DNA of 63,216 nt, the filler included, from Octopus bimaculoides (Eukaryota): assembly GCF_001194135.2 (NCBI RefSeq). It is 7 parts of 6 records of this genome, joined end to end, with 100 filler letters (N's around TTAATTAATTAA, not from the genome) between each part and the next. Parts side by side here need not be neighbours in the genome. Positions count along the whole stretch, not along the records: positions 61,006 to 63,216 come from NW_026390698.1; 6 more parts are not named here. One strand, 5' to 3'. The notes under the pieces were generated by a model. It made no database searches. It was given only the letters and a program-made list of their open reading frames with translations, and was not told the origin of the DNA. A program made the translations under genes and the position numbers. Below, one piece after another: positions 62,765 to 63,216 of the stretch (position 1 is the first letter of the stretch; each line of letters opens with the position of its first letter).

Positions 62765-63169
62765 ATGAACAAAAGTGATTCGGAAAATGATGTTCTAGAT
62801 CGGAACCAGCGGAGAGGTGCTGTTAGAACTGGTTGCAATGCCTGGGAGGAAAAGAAGATTCAGCACTCTGAACTTAAATGGGCCTGTCGCAAGGGAACAT
62901 TTGAAACTGTAATCAACAGTGAACATTGGATATGTATTACATGCGATCGTGTTCTGTTGTCAAAAGCAGGATATGTGAATCTTAAGAAGTCACATGAAAA
63001 TCGAAATGGCCAGATAGGTAATGATCTTGGACACCGACCGCCTCTTACGACTTGTGTCATATGTCACAAAACTTGTAAGACAATATCTGGACTTAAGCGA
63101 CATATGCTAGGTCAAAAAATATTCCTTCAGAATCAGATTCCAAAGTGCAAAAATATGGAAGAAATTTGA
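62765..63169 (+). mobile_element. RTE-clade LINE ORF C-terminus with two C2H2-like motifs
   Basis: DRNQRRGAVRTGC.AWEEKK..H.ELK..CRK then CITC-x12-L-x3-H and CVIC-x12-H-x3-Q. Confidence 0.65.
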
Positions 63170-63188
63170 GTAACATCTGTCACTTGTA

Positions 63189-63216
63189 AGGCGGTGAGCT
63201 GGCAGAAACGTTAGCA
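63189..63216 (+). mobile_element. SINE family B head, cut by the window edge
   Basis: AGGCGGTGAGCTGGCAGAAACGTTAGCA. Confidence 0.9.

Overview
AT-rich, microsatellite-dense animal genomic DNA from a gapped draft assembly, with about 9 kb of N-runs and six artificial N44-TTAATTAATTAA-N44 spacers. The tRNA-headed SINE families and repeat landscape look like octopus (inference; O. bimaculoides-like). No host protein-coding exon can be supported; almost all listed ORFs are microsatellite or N read-through artefacts, or decayed TE fragments. The window is a layered transposon graveyard. It holds three main SINE families (called A, B, C here) plus chimeric variants. Non-LTR remnants include RTE, CR1/Jockey-like, HERO-like (RLE), two Penelope-like lineages and an ORF1-like element with no ORF2. 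DNA transposons include a near full-length Chapaev3-type (CMC) element with nested insertions, a full-length dead mariner, and hAT, mariner and foldback MITEs. There is also a full-length U6 snRNA pseudogene fused to a SINE head. Best leads: (1) a well-formed minimal type I hammerhead ribozyme at 61803-61849(-) with a compensatory U3-A8 core pair instead of C3-G8, and a second degenerate copy at about 7745-7795(+); (2) an ORF-only LINE derivative sharing its 3' tail with a SINE B variant and abutting a truncated SINE B; (3) the U6-SINE chimera; (4) a SINE carrying an internal expanding microsatellite; (5) a foldback element centred on a (TAACCC)n-TA-(GGGTTA)n telomeric palindrome. All alignments were done by eye; boundaries of decayed elements are approximate and family names need Dfam/Repbase confirmation.
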